From assembly GCA_951406725.2 (NCBI GenBank), contig OX597816.1:162130001-162194000 (forward strand): a stretch of 64,000 bases of DNA. The letters run 5' to 3'. Shown here piece after piece: positions 27,968 through 42,084 of this stretch. Below the pieces are notes generated by a model that ran no database searches, was not told where the DNA came from, and worked only from the letters and a program-made list of their open reading frames with translations. The DNA is from Octopus vulgaris. Its lineage: Eukaryota. The first letter of the stretch is position 1, and every line of letters begins with the position of its first letter. Made by a program: the position numbers and the translations under genes.

Positions 27968-28629
27968 ATATATATATATATATACACTATTATTCCCTGT
28001 GCATGTGTGTAAAATTGTAAATAACACTATGTATATAATATATAAATGAAAACATATATACATATACACGCATACACAAACACATGCGCACGCACTCACA
28101 CACACACACTCGCACACTCGCACACATATATACATATATGTATGTATATCTATATGTGGGTAGGTGCGCACGTGAGAGTATGTTCACGTATATTATATGA
28201 ATAACCCAATATATGTAATAAGCCTTATATATTTGCTGGTTTGCATACGTATACCTTTATGTGCGTATATATATATATATATATATATGAATATATGTAT
28301 GTGTGTTTATGTAAGTTATAATATGTACACATTCAATAACAGAATATAAAAAAGGAATCACTTTCGGTAGTATATCTTTAAAAGGATTAAGAAACCTAAG
28401 CATTGCAAATCATTTTCGATAAGATCGGGATTTGGAATGCGTTGAGTAAAACATATTTAACTTTTGTCATACACGTATTGTCGTATATTATCTTATCACT
28501 AACTAAGATTTCCAGAAATCGTTCACGCTATAATGAGATTCTGACTGAGGTTTACATCTAGATACTAACACTTTCGTATAAATGATCGCAAAGGGGCCAC
28601 CAAATGTTTGCTGTATTAGTGAATATATT

Positions 28630-28869
28630 ACTCTTTACTCTTTACTCTTTACTCTTTACTCTTTTACTCTTACTTGTTTCAGTCATTTGACTGTGACCAT
28701 GCTGGAGCACCGCCTTTAGTCGAGCAAATCGACCCCAGGACTTATTCTTTGTAAGCCTAGTACTTATTCTATCGGGCTCTTTTGTCGAACCGATAAGTTA
28801 CGGGGACGTAAACACACCAGCATCGGTTGTCAAGCGATGTTGGGAGGACAAACACAGACACACAAACAT

Positions 28870-28913
<44 letters not shown>

Positions 28914-29260
28914 GTGTATAAAAAATATATATATATAAAAAAAAACAAAATGGGACAAGAACGCTAAACACTCAAATAGACGACACAAAAAACGGACGGG
29001 TCATTCGAAGCCTCTAATCTTCTGTCAAGAACCGGATCATCCTCGCAATTTCGGCTGATTAATCTTGAGATCGCTCCGATCCGGCCAGCCCATATATGAC
29101 GGGCTTCTTTCAGTTTCCGTTTACCAAATCCACTCACAAGACTTTGGTCGACCCGAAGGTAAAGTAGAAGACACTTGCCCAAGGTGCCACGCTGTGGGAC
29201 TGAACCCGGAACCATGTGGTTGGTAAGCAAGCTACTTACCACACAGCCACTCCTACGCCT
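28630..29260 (-). mobile_element. SINE family B split at its internal microsatellite by a family C insert (28940-29092)
   Basis: 3' half at 28630-28900 and 5' half at 29093-29260. Confidence 0.85.
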
Positions 29261-29406
29261 AGTGAATAAATATTAGTGAATATATATTCCTTGTTTCTTC
29301 TATATAGAGGCATGAATTTCCGGTTAAGATGTTCACCGAGTGTCGGTATTAATCTGTTGAAACGCTTTGTCGCTACCGTGAGTCAATGCAGCAACGATGT
29401 TCTTTG

Positions 29407-29565
29407 TATTACCGCCGCCTTAGCAAAGGCGGAGGTATTGTTTTCAGTCGCGTTTGTTTGCTTGTTTGTCCATGGACAAAATATCTCAAGAATCGCTGGA
29501 TCGATTCTAATGAAGCTTTCAGGGATGCTTGGTCTCGTGACTGGCACAAACTGATTAGATTTTGA
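29407..29565 (+). mobile_element. Helentron-associated (HINE/DINE-like) fragment
   Basis: tattaccgccgccttagcaaaggcggaggtattgttttc hairpin start, then (gttt)n and atctcaagaatcgctggatcgatt...gaagctttcagggatg...gattagattttg; typical HINE layout. Confidence 0.55.
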
Positions 29566-29907
29566 TATAAAGCTATAAATGACAGCGCGCAAATATTGGG
29601 TTAAAACCACCCCCTTTGAATCGGAAAAAATCACCTCTCTCTAAAAGCATATAGACTAACAGAAAAATGGAAAATGATAATAATAGATGAAAAATGAAAT
29701 TAGAAATTTAAAAAATTTAATATATTTTTAAACATATACCCATGGGCAATTAGGGAGTGAATTTTAGGGCGTATCAATCTAATATTTTCCTATCCTTTCA
29801 TAATACCGGTACCCATATGCTACTCATATATGCAATAGGTCTGCTTAGGAGGTTATTATATCATAGTATTCGTGCTGCCTCTTTAAGTTTTCGATTCCAG
29901 GCAGTGA

Positions 29908-29937
<30 letters not shown>

Positions 29938-29938
<1 letters not shown>

Positions 29939-30443
29939 TGGAAGTGTTATCATGTACATTGTTTTGTCTTGGTATAAAAGATGGGCTACAGCAAATATTC
30001 TGCTCAATACCACAGATTTGCTTGTCAGTTGTTTGACCTTAACCAGTTGAGCATGTCCCTTAGTGGCTGACGATATGGGCATCTCTGATCACGAGCAGAA
30101 GTAGTGGGGGAGCATCATGGCCATGTGTTGAGAGGGATTCTTTGGGGGTTTGAATAATTCACCTTTGGAAACATGGGTGGTTCGTTCAACATCCTTAAAC
30201 AACCTTTATTCAGGGACCGTTTGAGCGGGATGGGCTACTCAACCTGAAGAAAATTCTAAGTGGGCCCCACCTGCAAGGTCATGTGCTGTTTATCTTGATA
30301 TGAAATCACCATGTCGCGCACATATAGTTGTGATGCATGTGCCTGGTGTACCCTTACCAGACGGGTAGTCATGATGGGTATATTAGGCTTCGTATATTTT
30401 ACCCCAGTGTCACTTTGATGGCATGAACTGCTCTCTCACTCAA
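29938..30443 (+). mobile_element. Retroelement 3' portion inserted in (AAT)n, probably an R4/Dong 3' UTR
   Basis: Unique ~500-bp block flanked on both sides by (AAT)n; no coding motif. Family assignment inferred only from the target site. Confidence 0.5.
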
Positions 30444-30461
30444 TAATAATAATAATAATAA

Positions 30462-30521
<60 letters not shown>

Positions 30522-30560
30522 TAATAATAATAATAATACCAGGTTCGAAATTCCCCCAGG

Positions 30561-30604
30561 ACATCTGATGAAGGCTGGAGAGTATATCAGCGGAAACGTT
30601 TTGT
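30561..30604 (+). ncRNA. Minimal hammerhead ribozyme motif
   Basis: acat-CTGATGA-a-ggctg-gagagtatat-cagcg-GAAAC-GTT-ttgt. Canonical core, loopless palindromic stem III ACGT, one mismatch each in stems I and II. Confidence 0.65.
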
Positions 30605-30768
30605 TAACAACAAACAAGATGAGAACAAATATCCGTCAATTGTAAATAATGTACATAATTCCTCATCTCTTAAATATAGAACTGCGTATATTTTCCTTCA
30701 ATTATTTAACCCGATGATTTTGTTTTCTCCGCCTTTATATGTAATTTTCTGTACTTTAAATATATTTA

Positions 30769-31083
30769 AGGCGCGTGGCTCGGTGGTTAGAGCGTCGAGC
30801 TTACGATCGTGAGGTTGTGAGCTCGAATACCGGACCAGGCTGCGTGTTTTGTGTTCTTGAGCAAGACACTTTATTTCATGTTGCTGCAGTTCACTCAGCT
30901 GTAGAAATGAGTTGCGACGTCACAGGTGTCCCTTGGACAACATCAGTGTTGTGGAGAGGGGGAGGCTGGTATGCATGGGCGACTGCTGGTCTTCCATGAA
31001 ACAACCTTGCCCAGACTTGTGCCTCAGAGAGTAAATCTCTAGGTGCAAACCCATGGTCAGTGTCTGAGCGAAGGGGTCACTAC
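30769..31083 (+). mobile_element. tRNA-derived SINE family E with 12-bp TSD
   Basis: A box tggctcggtgg, B-box-like gctcgaatacc, CORE/V-like cttgagcaagacacttt; TSD taaatatattta at 30757-30768 and 31084-31095. Confidence 0.85.
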
Positions 31084-31469
31084 TAAATATATTTACAGGT
31101 CATGGAAAATCTCTCCGAACCTGAAATGCTGACGTAAATTGTATACAGACGTACTACCTGCTAGAAATAGCTGCCACGTTTCACTCACATCATATCAAAT
31201 TCTTTCAAAGAAACAAAAAGAAACATTATATTTTGTGCAGACCTACATAATACTTATCTGAAAACAGATATCGATGGTATGATTTTGATTCTGTGTATGA
31301 ACCACGACAACTGAAGTGTGGCTACATGAAATAAAGCTTTGGTCTACTAGCTACTCCATAAATAGCTATCGCTAAAATGTGCGTCGGATTAAGTTAGAAA
31401 GTTAATGAAAAGCGTGCCCCAGTCTGGTCGTAACTGAATCAACTAAATCACAGTAACTCATATACACAA

Positions 31470-31549
31470 ACTCGTGTACAATATGTATAAATACATACAC
31501 TCACACACGCACACGCACACACATACACACATACACACACATATATATA

Positions 31550-31635
<86 letters not shown>

Positions 31636-31721
31636 ACTTATATATATATGTATGTATATATATACATATATATATGTATATATATATATAAGCATATATA
31701 AATATATGTATATATTGTAAT

Positions 31722-31774
<53 letters not shown>

Positions 31775-31777
31775 ATA

Positions 31778-31813
<36 letters not shown>

Positions 31814-31900
31814 TGTATATGAGTGTATGTGTGAGCGTGAGTATTTCTAAGTGTGTGTGCATATATATATACAAATACACACTCTCACACACACACTGAC

Positions 31901-31938
<38 letters not shown>

Positions 31939-32548
31939 CCAATCTTACACATACATATATGGACGGAGGGAGTAAATTCAAGAAAGTATGAATGAGAAAA
32001 ACGCAAGATGTACAAAGAAAGAGCGGCGGAGTGAGTGAGTGAGTGAGTGAAAGCGTGTGAGCATGCGCGAACATAAGTGTATATGGATGCGCGGGTATAC
32101 GTTATGTACGCGGGAGCGAGTGTATATGCGTACGAGATTTATATTTGTTCATTAAATTTCCTATTATGTTAATCAATGAATCTGAACATTAAACACTAAA
32201 TGTTGCAATCAGAAGATAAAGTAGACAGAATTTAATTAAAAAAACCTATCAGTTTTATTTTTGGCATTTCCGATGCGATGGAAATGTTTTTGATATGTAT
32301 ATGTACGTGTTCGTATGTGGCGGTTAGTGTTTTAGTATATATATAGAAGAAGCGCATATTTATATGTATATGAATATATGAGGTATATACATATATGTAT
32401 ATACAGTATGCATGTGTTTGCGTATGTAGGGTATATGTGTGTGTATGAATGTGTAATATGGTTCTGTCTGCGTATGTAGAATATAATTTGTTAGTATACA
32501 TGGAAATTCCTCCATTCTGACGACAGAATACATAAATTATGCGTATGC

Positions 32549-32622
<74 letters not shown>

Positions 32623-32724
32623 TTATTTATATATACATATACATATACATACATATATATATATATACATACACACATATATATACATATATATATATAT
32701 ACATATACATCCATATATACATAC

Positions 32725-32780
<56 letters not shown>

Positions 32781-33130
32781 GTATATTTGTATGTATGTAT
32801 GTATGTATGTATGTATATTTGCATATATACATATATGTATATATACATAAATGTGTCTGTCTATAGATGTGTGTTTGTGTGCGTGTATGTGTGTGTTTGT
32901 GTGTGTGTGTTTATGTGCGTGCGTGTATGTGCACATGCATTAATTCAGACAAACAGAATTCTGTCTGTCGTAACTATTAACTCTGTATCAACAAACTTAA
33001 GAGTGAATCGTCAGCACAAAACGATTAAATACATTCGTATAGGTAAATGTGATATTCTCTTTCCCATATACGTCAATGTGTAGGCACACGTGTGTGTGTG
33101 TGTGTGTGTGTATGTATGTGTGTATACGTA
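31470..33130. repeat. Compound microsatellite field
   Basis: TA, CA, TATG and TC repeats with short unique islands. Confidence 0.9.
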
Positions 33131-33446
33131 TGATTTACAAGGCCTAGCTGTGTGTGAAATCAGAAGAATGTAAACTCATTTCTTCCATACTTTTGATGTG
33201 CGGGAAAAATATGTGCGATCGGCAATTGTGTCATTTGAGGATTTGTTGATCCCTTCTTCGAATAGACTTAACCGGTTTCTTCCTCCAATCAGCAGGACAG
33301 AATCTTCAGCTTCTACATAATGCTGCCATAACTAAGGCCGTCACCGTAGTGGATAACTTAATTTGCACATTTGCGAATTTTAGTTACTAACTAAACCTTG
33401 TTTATTTTATGTATCAGATATTTTCTGAAAAAAATTTATATATACA

Positions 33447-33664
33447 CAGTAATCCCTCGACTATCGCCGGTGTTACGTTCCAAAACCCCCCGCTATAGGT
33501 GAAAATCCGCGAAGTGGTAATAGTACTGTATATTTTATGTTATTATTTTTATAATTTGTATATATTTATTTTATTATAAACACAAAACACTACCACGGAG
33601 GAATCAATGTCAGCTTAAATAATAAACCGCGATAAGTGAACCGTGATAAGGAGAGGGATTATTG
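33447..33664 (+). mobile_element. pogo/Tigger-like MITE
   Basis: TIRs cagtaatccctc...gagggattattg; second copy at 910-1113. Confidence 0.8.
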
Positions 33665-33873
33665 CATATGTGTGTGTGTGTGTGTGTGTGTGCGTGTTTG
33701 TGGGTAGTGCTTAGAGAATTCATTGGAATCAAGGCACATCAACACGCAGGATGACTCCAGAAACGACTCGGTATAATAACATAGGGTCCACAGTAGGTAA
33801 AACAACCATGAAAACATCAAGTGTTGGTAATATGCTGTAGATGCGCAAATATATTCAAAAAGCAGGAGGATAT

Positions 33874-34067
33874 AGGCGCAGGAGTGGCTGTGTGGTAAGT
33901 AGCTTGCTTACCAGCCACATGGTTCCGGGTTCAGTCCCACTGCGTGGCACCTTGGGCAAGTGTCTGCTACTATATCCTCGGGCCGGACAAGCCTTGTGAG
34001 TGGATTTGGAAGACGGAAACTGAAAGAAGCCCGTCGTATATATATTATATATATATGTGTGTGTATT

Positions 34068-34101
<34 letters not shown>

Positions 34102-34291
34102 TCTCCCCGACATCGTTTGGCAACCGATGCTGGTGTGGTTACGTCCCCGTCATTTAGCGGTTCGGCAAGAGAGACCGATAGAATAAGTACTAGGCTTACG
34201 AAGAATAAGTCCTGGGGTCGATTTGCTCGATTAAAAGGCGGTGCTCTAGCTTGGCATCAATCAAATGACTGAAACAAATAAAAGAATAAAG
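33874..34291 (+). mobile_element. tRNA-derived SINE family B, full length
   Basis: Head aggcgcaggagtggctgtgtggtaag...ccgggttcagtcccactg, CORE-like ccttgggcaagtgtc, internal (TA)(TG)n, A-rich tail. Confidence 0.9.
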
Positions 34292-35589
34292 CAAATTGAA
34301 TTTAAACTGTAGATAGCGAGGTCGCGGTTTCAATTCCTAGACCCAGTTGTGTGCAGTGTTCCTGAGCAAAGCATTTCATCTCACTGTTCTACGACCACAT
34401 CGACACCTGACGTGTGGTACACCGTGCACTTACTCAGATATTCTCGGTTTCTTTTTTCATTCAATGCCACGAGAATAATTAATTTAGTCATTGAATTAAC
34501 AAGACTTTCTAATTAAAATGCATTGAGCTTTCGCTGTCTATTCACTTTATCAACTCAAAACGCCCCACTTCTCTCACAATCTTTACTTAACGCAACTTCT
34601 CTTCCTATCGACTTCCCTTCTATATAACCTAAAGTCATATGCTTTAGTGCGTTTTTCTCACATACGCTTTTTTACCGATAGTATATGCATACATACATAC
34701 ATAAATGTATATGAATATATCTGAGTAAATATACATGTGTGTGTATGTGCGTGTGCTTGCTTATGAATATATACTTAGAACTTTTAAATACACATACACA
34801 TATATGCATATATGTGTGTATATGTGTGTGTATTCAGAATTCATTACTCATTAAGTCTTCATATTAAGCCTTTATGCGAATAATGATAAGCAAATGAAGA
34901 AAAATGTACTGAAAGATTCCCTTTTCGCATAATTTCTATTATATCTATAAGTATAATGAATCTGACACGGTCGGCAATAGAGAGTTTTAAAATTTTTATT
35001 TGTTCAGTGACTTCAAGGTATCTGCAGTTTTGTATTTCATTTGATGTGAGTGCAAATCCTTTTTTTTTTTTTTTGCACTCTTTGGGTATTACTTGCAGAG
35101 ATGCAGCCCTTTGGAATGCCAACGAGGAAATTTGGGCAAGCAAAGAAAGATTTTACACACAGAAAATTAACATGCTAGAAATAACAGCCAAATGGCTTTC
35201 AAATCACATCATATTGATTTAGAAAATTTGTTCGTAGGGGTCAAGTGTGCATAGGAATCAGGCAAGCTGGTCATGTTTAGAACAATTTTGAAGATATATC
35301 TTCTTTGTCAGATCTGACTTTGAGATGAAGAACAACAACAACATCATCATCAACAACAACTTCAGGCTTGCTCTCTCTTTTCAGAGACAGTTTAATAAAG
35401 GAAACAATTAACCACAGATTATCAAAGAAGTCAGTGAGGTGTTACGGCACTGCAAGGACGTCTTAGGAACAGCGTCGTCTCTCCAACTCAGGATAATTCC
35501 TCCTACTATAAATACAAGGCGTGAAAGTTTGCGGGAGGAGGCTAATCGATTTTATCGAAAGTGGTACGCGAATGGTGCTTATTTCATCG

Positions 35590-36246
35590 AAGGCGGCGAG
35601 CTGGCAGAAAGGTTAGCACTCCGGGCGAAATGCGTAGCCGTATTTCGTCTGCCGTTACGTTCTGAGTTCAAATTCCGCCGAGGTCGACTTTGCCTTTCAT
35701 CGTTTCGGGATCGATAAATTAAGTACCAGTTACGCACTGGGATCGATATAATCGACTTAATCCGTTTGTCTGTCCTCTCTGTGTTTAGCCCCTTGTGGGT
35801 AGTAAAGAAATAGGTATTTCGTCTGCCGCTACGTTCTGAGTTCAAATTCTGCCGAGGTCGACTTTGCCTTTCATACTTTCGGGGTCGATTAAATAAGTAC
35901 CAGTGACCGTTTGTTTTTCCTTGTTTGTCCCCTCTATGTGTAGGTATTTCGAATGCCTCTACGTTCTGAGTTCAAATTCCACCGAGGTCGACTCTGCCTT
36001 TCATCCTTTCAGGGGTCGATAAATTAAGTACCAGTTGTGTACTGGGGTTGATCTAATCGAGTGGCCCCCTCCCCCAACATTTTGGGCTATGTGTCTAGAG
36101 TAGAAAAAGTACTTATTTTATCGACCCCGAAAGGAAGCAGGCGAGGACCGATCTCGGCAGAACTTGAACTCAGAACATAAAGACTGACGAAACACCGCTA
36201 AGCGTTTTGCCTAGCGTTCTAGCGATTCTGCAATCTAGCTGCCTTA
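35590..36246. mobile_element. Family D with triplicated core (plus) abutting an inverted copy (36108-36246)
   Basis: Core tatttcg...gttctgagttcaaattc...gtcgactttgcctttcat at ~35641, 35816 and 35945, followed by a reverse copy. Confidence 0.85.
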
Positions 36247-36724
36247 CTTAGACGAAATAATCTTTTCTTATTTTAGTACAAGTCCAGCAAATTTGATGTG
36301 TAGGGAAGCTGTCTTAATCAGACTAAATAAGAAAAACGGAAAATAACAATATGCTAGATAACACAAGCCACAGTAAGATACAGCTCCGAAAAAGAAAATA
36401 ATCACAAGAAATGGCAAATTTAGCAGTGATTGTTGTGAATAAATTCTGTTAATCCATGCTGAATTGTTTCTCCGACTGTGGGAAGTTGGAAGGTGTAGTT
36501 AAAAGTGTTGTCAAATCCTAACGACTACGGCAATGGATTGGCTGAATCTTAAAAGCGTCGAACGAAATACTGTGCAGTATTTTGTCAGGTTCTTTACGCT
36601 CTGAGTTAAAGTCAGGTGGCAGTCAGTTTGGTGGATAAAGTAAAATTCCACCCAAGTCTTGGGATCAATGGTATGGACAAAACCCTCCCCTTAAAGCACC
36701 TAGACTTGTGCTTTAATCAGAAAG

Positions 36725-37200
36725 TAAGCCAGTGAGCTGGCGGTATCAGTAATGCATCGGACAAATTGTCTTCCGGTTCTGTACATTCTGAGTTCAAATA
36801 CAGTCAAAGACAACTTTGCTTTTCAGCGTTTCTGGGTCGATAAAGTAAAGAATCAGTTAAATATGGTAGAATCAGAAACGTGTCGGATAAATCGCTTAGC
36901 GACATGTTTTCCGGCTCTGTACATTCTGAATTTAAATCCAGCCAAGGATAACTTTGATTTTCAGCGTTTCTGGGTCGATAAAGTAAAGTACTAGTTAAAT
37001 ATAGTAGAATCACTAACGTGTCGGACAAATTGCTCAGCGACATGTTTTCCGGCTTCGTACATTTTGAGTTTAAACCCAGCTCAAGTTCACTTTGGTTTTC
37101 AACCTCTCGGGATCGATAAAGTAAAGTTTCAGTTAACTATTGGGTTTGACGTAAACTATTAGTTCCCTCTCCCAAATTGCAGGACGTGTGCCTATATTAG
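36725..37200 (+). repeat. Tandem trimer (~135-bp unit) of a degenerate family D copy
   Basis: gtacattctga...cagcgtttctgggtcgataaagtaaag repeated three times. Confidence 0.8.
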
Positions 37201-37357
37201 GAATAATAATTATTGTAATTATTAACGTATCCTGGTCTCATCAAGCACCAGTAAACTACGAAATTCTAAGCTTCTAGTTTCGTCTGGGTGTATGAATGGC
37301 TGTGTACGTATATGCGAATATATGGGTGTCTGAATGTGTTTGCATTTGTGTTGTGTT

Positions 37358-37410
<53 letters not shown>

Positions 37411-38625
37411 TATGTGTGTGTGTGCTGAACGCGCTTAAATTTAAGCCCCTGTCCCAAGAACCCACCCATCACCACTTTCACGGTATTTGCAATAGTGAGG
37501 TTTCATGACTAATTAAGAAATCATTATTAAATAATGACTATAATTATTTAATTAACGAGGAAGTTCCCGAACTTGTTAATGAAGGACTAGACTCGTACCT
37601 TTGTTGTTACCAGCACCGACCAAACTCTAAATGCCATTTTCTTCTCGTTCTTGACCGAAATGGTAGAGTTTCATACTTGCCAAAATATCTCCCCCTCCTT
37701 CTGGAATGTATATTGCTTTTGCAAGGGAGGGGCCATTTGTAGGTTCTCTATTCGTTTTCTGCTTTTTTTTTCTATTATTTTCTTGCAGTTTGTATTATTT
37801 TAAATTATTATTTTTTTTATCGATTGCTTCTGCCGTGTCCCCCTCCTCCTAATTCTTCATTTTCTGTCTGTGTCTCCTAACAACTTTACATTGATTCAGT
37901 TTCAAGAATAACCTCCCCAACCACACTGAATCCAGACATTATTGTTATTATTGCTTCGTGTTTGTATATTTTTTATTCTAGTAAATTTTTCTGTCATTTT
38001 ATTTTTTGTATTTCAAATTTTAAAAAAGAAAAAAAAAAGAAAATTGTGGTCCATTTATATTGTTGTTGTATTCGAAAGAGAAATCAATTAGTATTATCAT
38101 TTAAATCGGTGAGAAAGAGATAGTGACATAAAGATTGATAGAGAAACAGAAAAGGAGATTGAATGAATGAGAGAGAGAGAGAGAGAACGGGAGAGACTGC
38201 TGGTGAAAGACAGCAATAAGGGATTGAGGAGGAATGAAGGCTTCTGTGAAGATACACTTATACATACACACGTTTACATACATACATACACAAGCACAGA
38301 CAAACATATGCATGTACTAGATATAACATATCTCGTACATCCATAGAAATATGTTTAAATAATGTTAATATACTGTTACTGTATGTAAATATAAGTATAT
38401 TTTTTATTGTTTTACTTGTTTCAGTCATTTGACTGCGGCCATGCTGGAGTACCACTTTTAGTCGAAAAAATCGACTTCAGGACTTAGGACTTATTCTACC
38501 GCTTCCTTTGGCCGAACAGCTAAGTTATGGGGACATAAACACACCAACATCGGTAGGGGGACAAACACAAACGCAAATAATACATATATATACAAATACG
38601 TATACATACATATATACATACATAT

Positions 38626-38682
<57 letters not shown>

Positions 38683-38867
38683 ACTATGTCTGTGTGCGTG
38701 TGCGTGTGAGGCGCAATGGCCCAGTGGTTAGGGAAGCAGACTCACGGTCGTGGGACCGCGGTTTCGAATCCCAGACCGGGCGTTGAGTGTGTTTATTGAG
38801 CAAAAACTCCTAAAAGCATCACGTGTGCTTTACTTATCATTTATTTACGCATTTTGTATAATTTCTC

Positions 38868-38914
<47 letters not shown>

Positions 38915-38917
<3 letters not shown>

Positions 38918-39395
38918 TGGCACTCCGTCGGTTACGACGGCGAGTGTTCCAGTTAATCCAATCAACGGAACAGTCTGCTCGTGAAATTAACGTGCAAGTG
39001 GCTGAGCACTCCACAGACACATGTACCCTTAACGTAGTTCTCGTGGAGATTCAAGGTGACACAGAGTATGATAAGGGTGGCCCTTTGAAATATGGGTACA
39101 ACAGAAGCAGGAAAAATGAGTGAGAGAAGCTTGTGGTGAAAGAGTGCAGCAGGGTTTGCCACCATACACTTTCACCACAACTTTCTCTCACTCTTTCTTC
39201 CTGTTTCTGTTGTACCTTTATTTCAAGGAGGCCAGCTTTGTTACACTCTGAGTCACGCTGGATCTCCCTGAGAACTAAATTAAGGGTAGACGTGTCTGTG
39301 GAGTGCTCAGCCACTCGCACGTTAATTACACGAGCAGGCTGTTCCGTTAATCGGATCAACTTGAACCCTCGTCGTCTTAACCGATGGAGTACCAC
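38915..39395. mobile_element. Head-to-head inverted pair of family A SINE bodies
   Basis: Minus copy 38915-39163 directly followed by plus copy 39165-39395; a separate family A head lies at 38706-38815. Confidence 0.88.
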
Positions 39396-39602
39396 GACGT
39401 CGACGACGACGATATAAATATTTATATATATATATATATGTGTGTGTATGTGTGTGAGTGTGTGTGTATGTGGGTGTGTGTGTGTATAATGGAGAAATTA
39501 TACAAAATTTATAAATAGATGATAAGTAAAACACCGGCAGTTTCGATTACCAAATAAAGTCTATTACACATTCCATCTCCCATTTTATTAATACCATATA
39601 TA

Positions 39603-39671
39603 GCCACTGATGAGAACTCCGCCTAGCAAATTATTTTATTTGCAAGTTAGATTTTGAAATCTGGGTATGAC
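39603..39671 (+). ncRNA. Minimal hammerhead motif, decayed
   Basis: gcca-CTGATGA-gaact...atttt-GAAAT-CTGG-GTA-tgac; consistent with an ancestral GAAACCCGGGTA palindrome. Confidence 0.55.
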
Positions 39672-40022
39672 TGTAGAAAAACAAGGTAAAAGTTTTTATT
39701 TTTCATTCTCTTCGAAATTGCTCTCAAATGTGGTTTTGGTCGTTTTGACTGTTCCTTCTAGCGTGTAAGGCTGCCTGTTAAAGGTTGCCTCTTTTATGTT
39801 TAAATGTACACTAATTTCATATATGAAATATCTTTTTACTTGGAAAGCAAGGTGCTGTAAGCTAGGATTGTCTGGCTGAATTTGTTGTAATCGAAATGAC
39901 ACCTGAAAACAAAACAGGTAAAAGGTTTATACTTAATGCATCCAATGCGTGTTCCAGTCTTTGTACTATGTATGTGTTTGTGAGTAAATTATACGTGTGT
40001 ATATACATAAGTATATCTGTGT

Positions 40023-40054
<32 letters not shown>

Positions 40055-40144
40055 ACATGCGCGCGTATATGTGTGTCTATATGTAAAGGGAGTGAGAGAG
40101 AGCAAGAGAGGAAAAGAGACGGACAGAAATATGCGGGTATATAT

Positions 40145-40350
40145 ATTCTTTTACTCTTTTACTTATTTCAGTCATTTGACTGTGGCTATGCTGGAGCACC
40201 GCCTTTAGTCGAGCAAATCGACCCAAGGACTTATTCATTGTAAGCCTAGTATTTATTCTATCGGTCTTTGGCCGAACCGCTAAGTTACGGGGATAAACCC
40301 ACCAGCATCGGTTGTCAAGCGATGTTGGGGGGACAAACACAGACACACAA

Positions 40351-40427
<77 letters not shown>

Positions 40428-40591
40428 CGACGAGCTTCTTTCAGTTTCCGTCTACCAAATCACCTCACAAGGCTTTGGTCGGCTCGAGGCTATAGTAGAA
40501 GACACTTGCCCAAGGTACCACGCAGTGGGACTGAATCCGGAACCATGTGGCTTGCATGCAAGTCACTTACCACGCTGCCACTCCTAAGCCT
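40145..40591 (-). mobile_element. SINE family B, full length
   Basis: Reverse complement of 33874-34291. Confidence 0.9.
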
Positions 40592-40657
40592 ATACATATA
40601 TATATATTTATATATATAGGTGAGAGAGTTGGTACGTGAAATTTATATATTTATATA

Positions 40658-40704
<47 letters not shown>

Positions 40705-41110
40705 ATGTATGTATATAAATATATACATAGATAAATATATACACCCACACACAACCACGCACGCGTACATACACATATACGCTTCTTTCAGAAATAATGA
40801 TGACAGCAAGAGCTATCAAAGGAATGGCAACTAATAAAGCATCGCAGATTTTTACCTCTAACCCTCAGCATTACCACCACCACCCCACCCATTTGTTCCA
40901 ATCACATCAACATTCACAATTATCGCCATAATCACTACAACAAACACCACAACGCAAAATAAAAAGGATAACAAACAAAACGACTACAGATAACACGATA
41001 CGGTCGTCGATTGAAATAATAGTGATGATGCTGATGACGTCAACGGTAATGATGATAACGATGATATTGATGACAACGACGAAGAAGATGGCGTTGACGA
41101 TGATGATGAC

Positions 41111-41166
<56 letters not shown>

Positions 41167-41251
41167 CGATGATGATGAAAGTAAAGACGAAGCCTTTGGT
41201 GGAATAATACTACTGCTGCTGATACTTGAAGGAATATTGAGTAGGAGTGGC

Positions 41252-41415
41252 TAGGCGCAGGCGTGGCTGCGTAGAAGGAACCTTGTTTCTCAACCACATG
41301 GTTCCGGGATCGATCCCACTGCGTGGTACCTTGGGCATGTGTCTTCTACTATAGCCTCAGACTGACCAAATCCTTGTGAGTGGATTTAGTAGACGGAAAC
41401 TGAAAGAAGCCCGCC
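41252..41415 (+). mobile_element. SINE family B, 5' half
   Basis: aggcgcaggcgtggctgcg...gaaactgaaagaagcccg. Confidence 0.85.
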
Positions 41416-41552
41416 CTTGACTGAGGAAAGAAAACTTCGAATGACCCGTCCTTGATTTCTTTTTATCGTCTATCTGGATGTTTTGTTATCCCATTTTGGT
41501 ATCACCTAACTGTCCGGATGCTTTGCGTTCTTGTCCCATTTTGTATTTATAT

Positions 41553-41588
<36 letters not shown>

Positions 41589-41589
41589 T

Positions 41590-41621
<32 letters not shown>

Positions 41622-42084
41622 TGTATATATCTTTGACTCCTATATATATTACCTTTCTTTTGAAAGCCTGGTGCTTATTATATCATTATGCCGAAAAACT
41701 ACGTAACGGGGACATAAATACACCAACACCGGTTGTCAAGCGATAATGGGGAACAAACACAGACACGAAAGCACGCACGCATGCACTCATACACAAAAGC
41801 ACCCACATATTATATATATGATGGGCTTCTTTCTACTAAAGCCATCCACAAGTCTTTGGTCAGCCCGAAAGCTATAGCAGAAGACACTTACTGAAGATTC
41901 CGATTCAATCCAGTGGAACTGAATATTTTTTTTTCCTCTACTGTCTCTTAGGCTTTTCTAATGCCTTAATGGCGGTGAGCTGGCCGAATGGTAAGACGGT
42001 GTTCTGAGTTCAAATACCATGGATGTGGATTTTTGCCTTTCATCGTGTCGAGTACCTGTCTCTCACTCTCCCACCCTGACGTAA

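Noticed and set aside
33170-33360. CR1-like C-terminal peptide YFSRTSKVW on the minus strand
   Set aside because: A single short motif is insufficient support.
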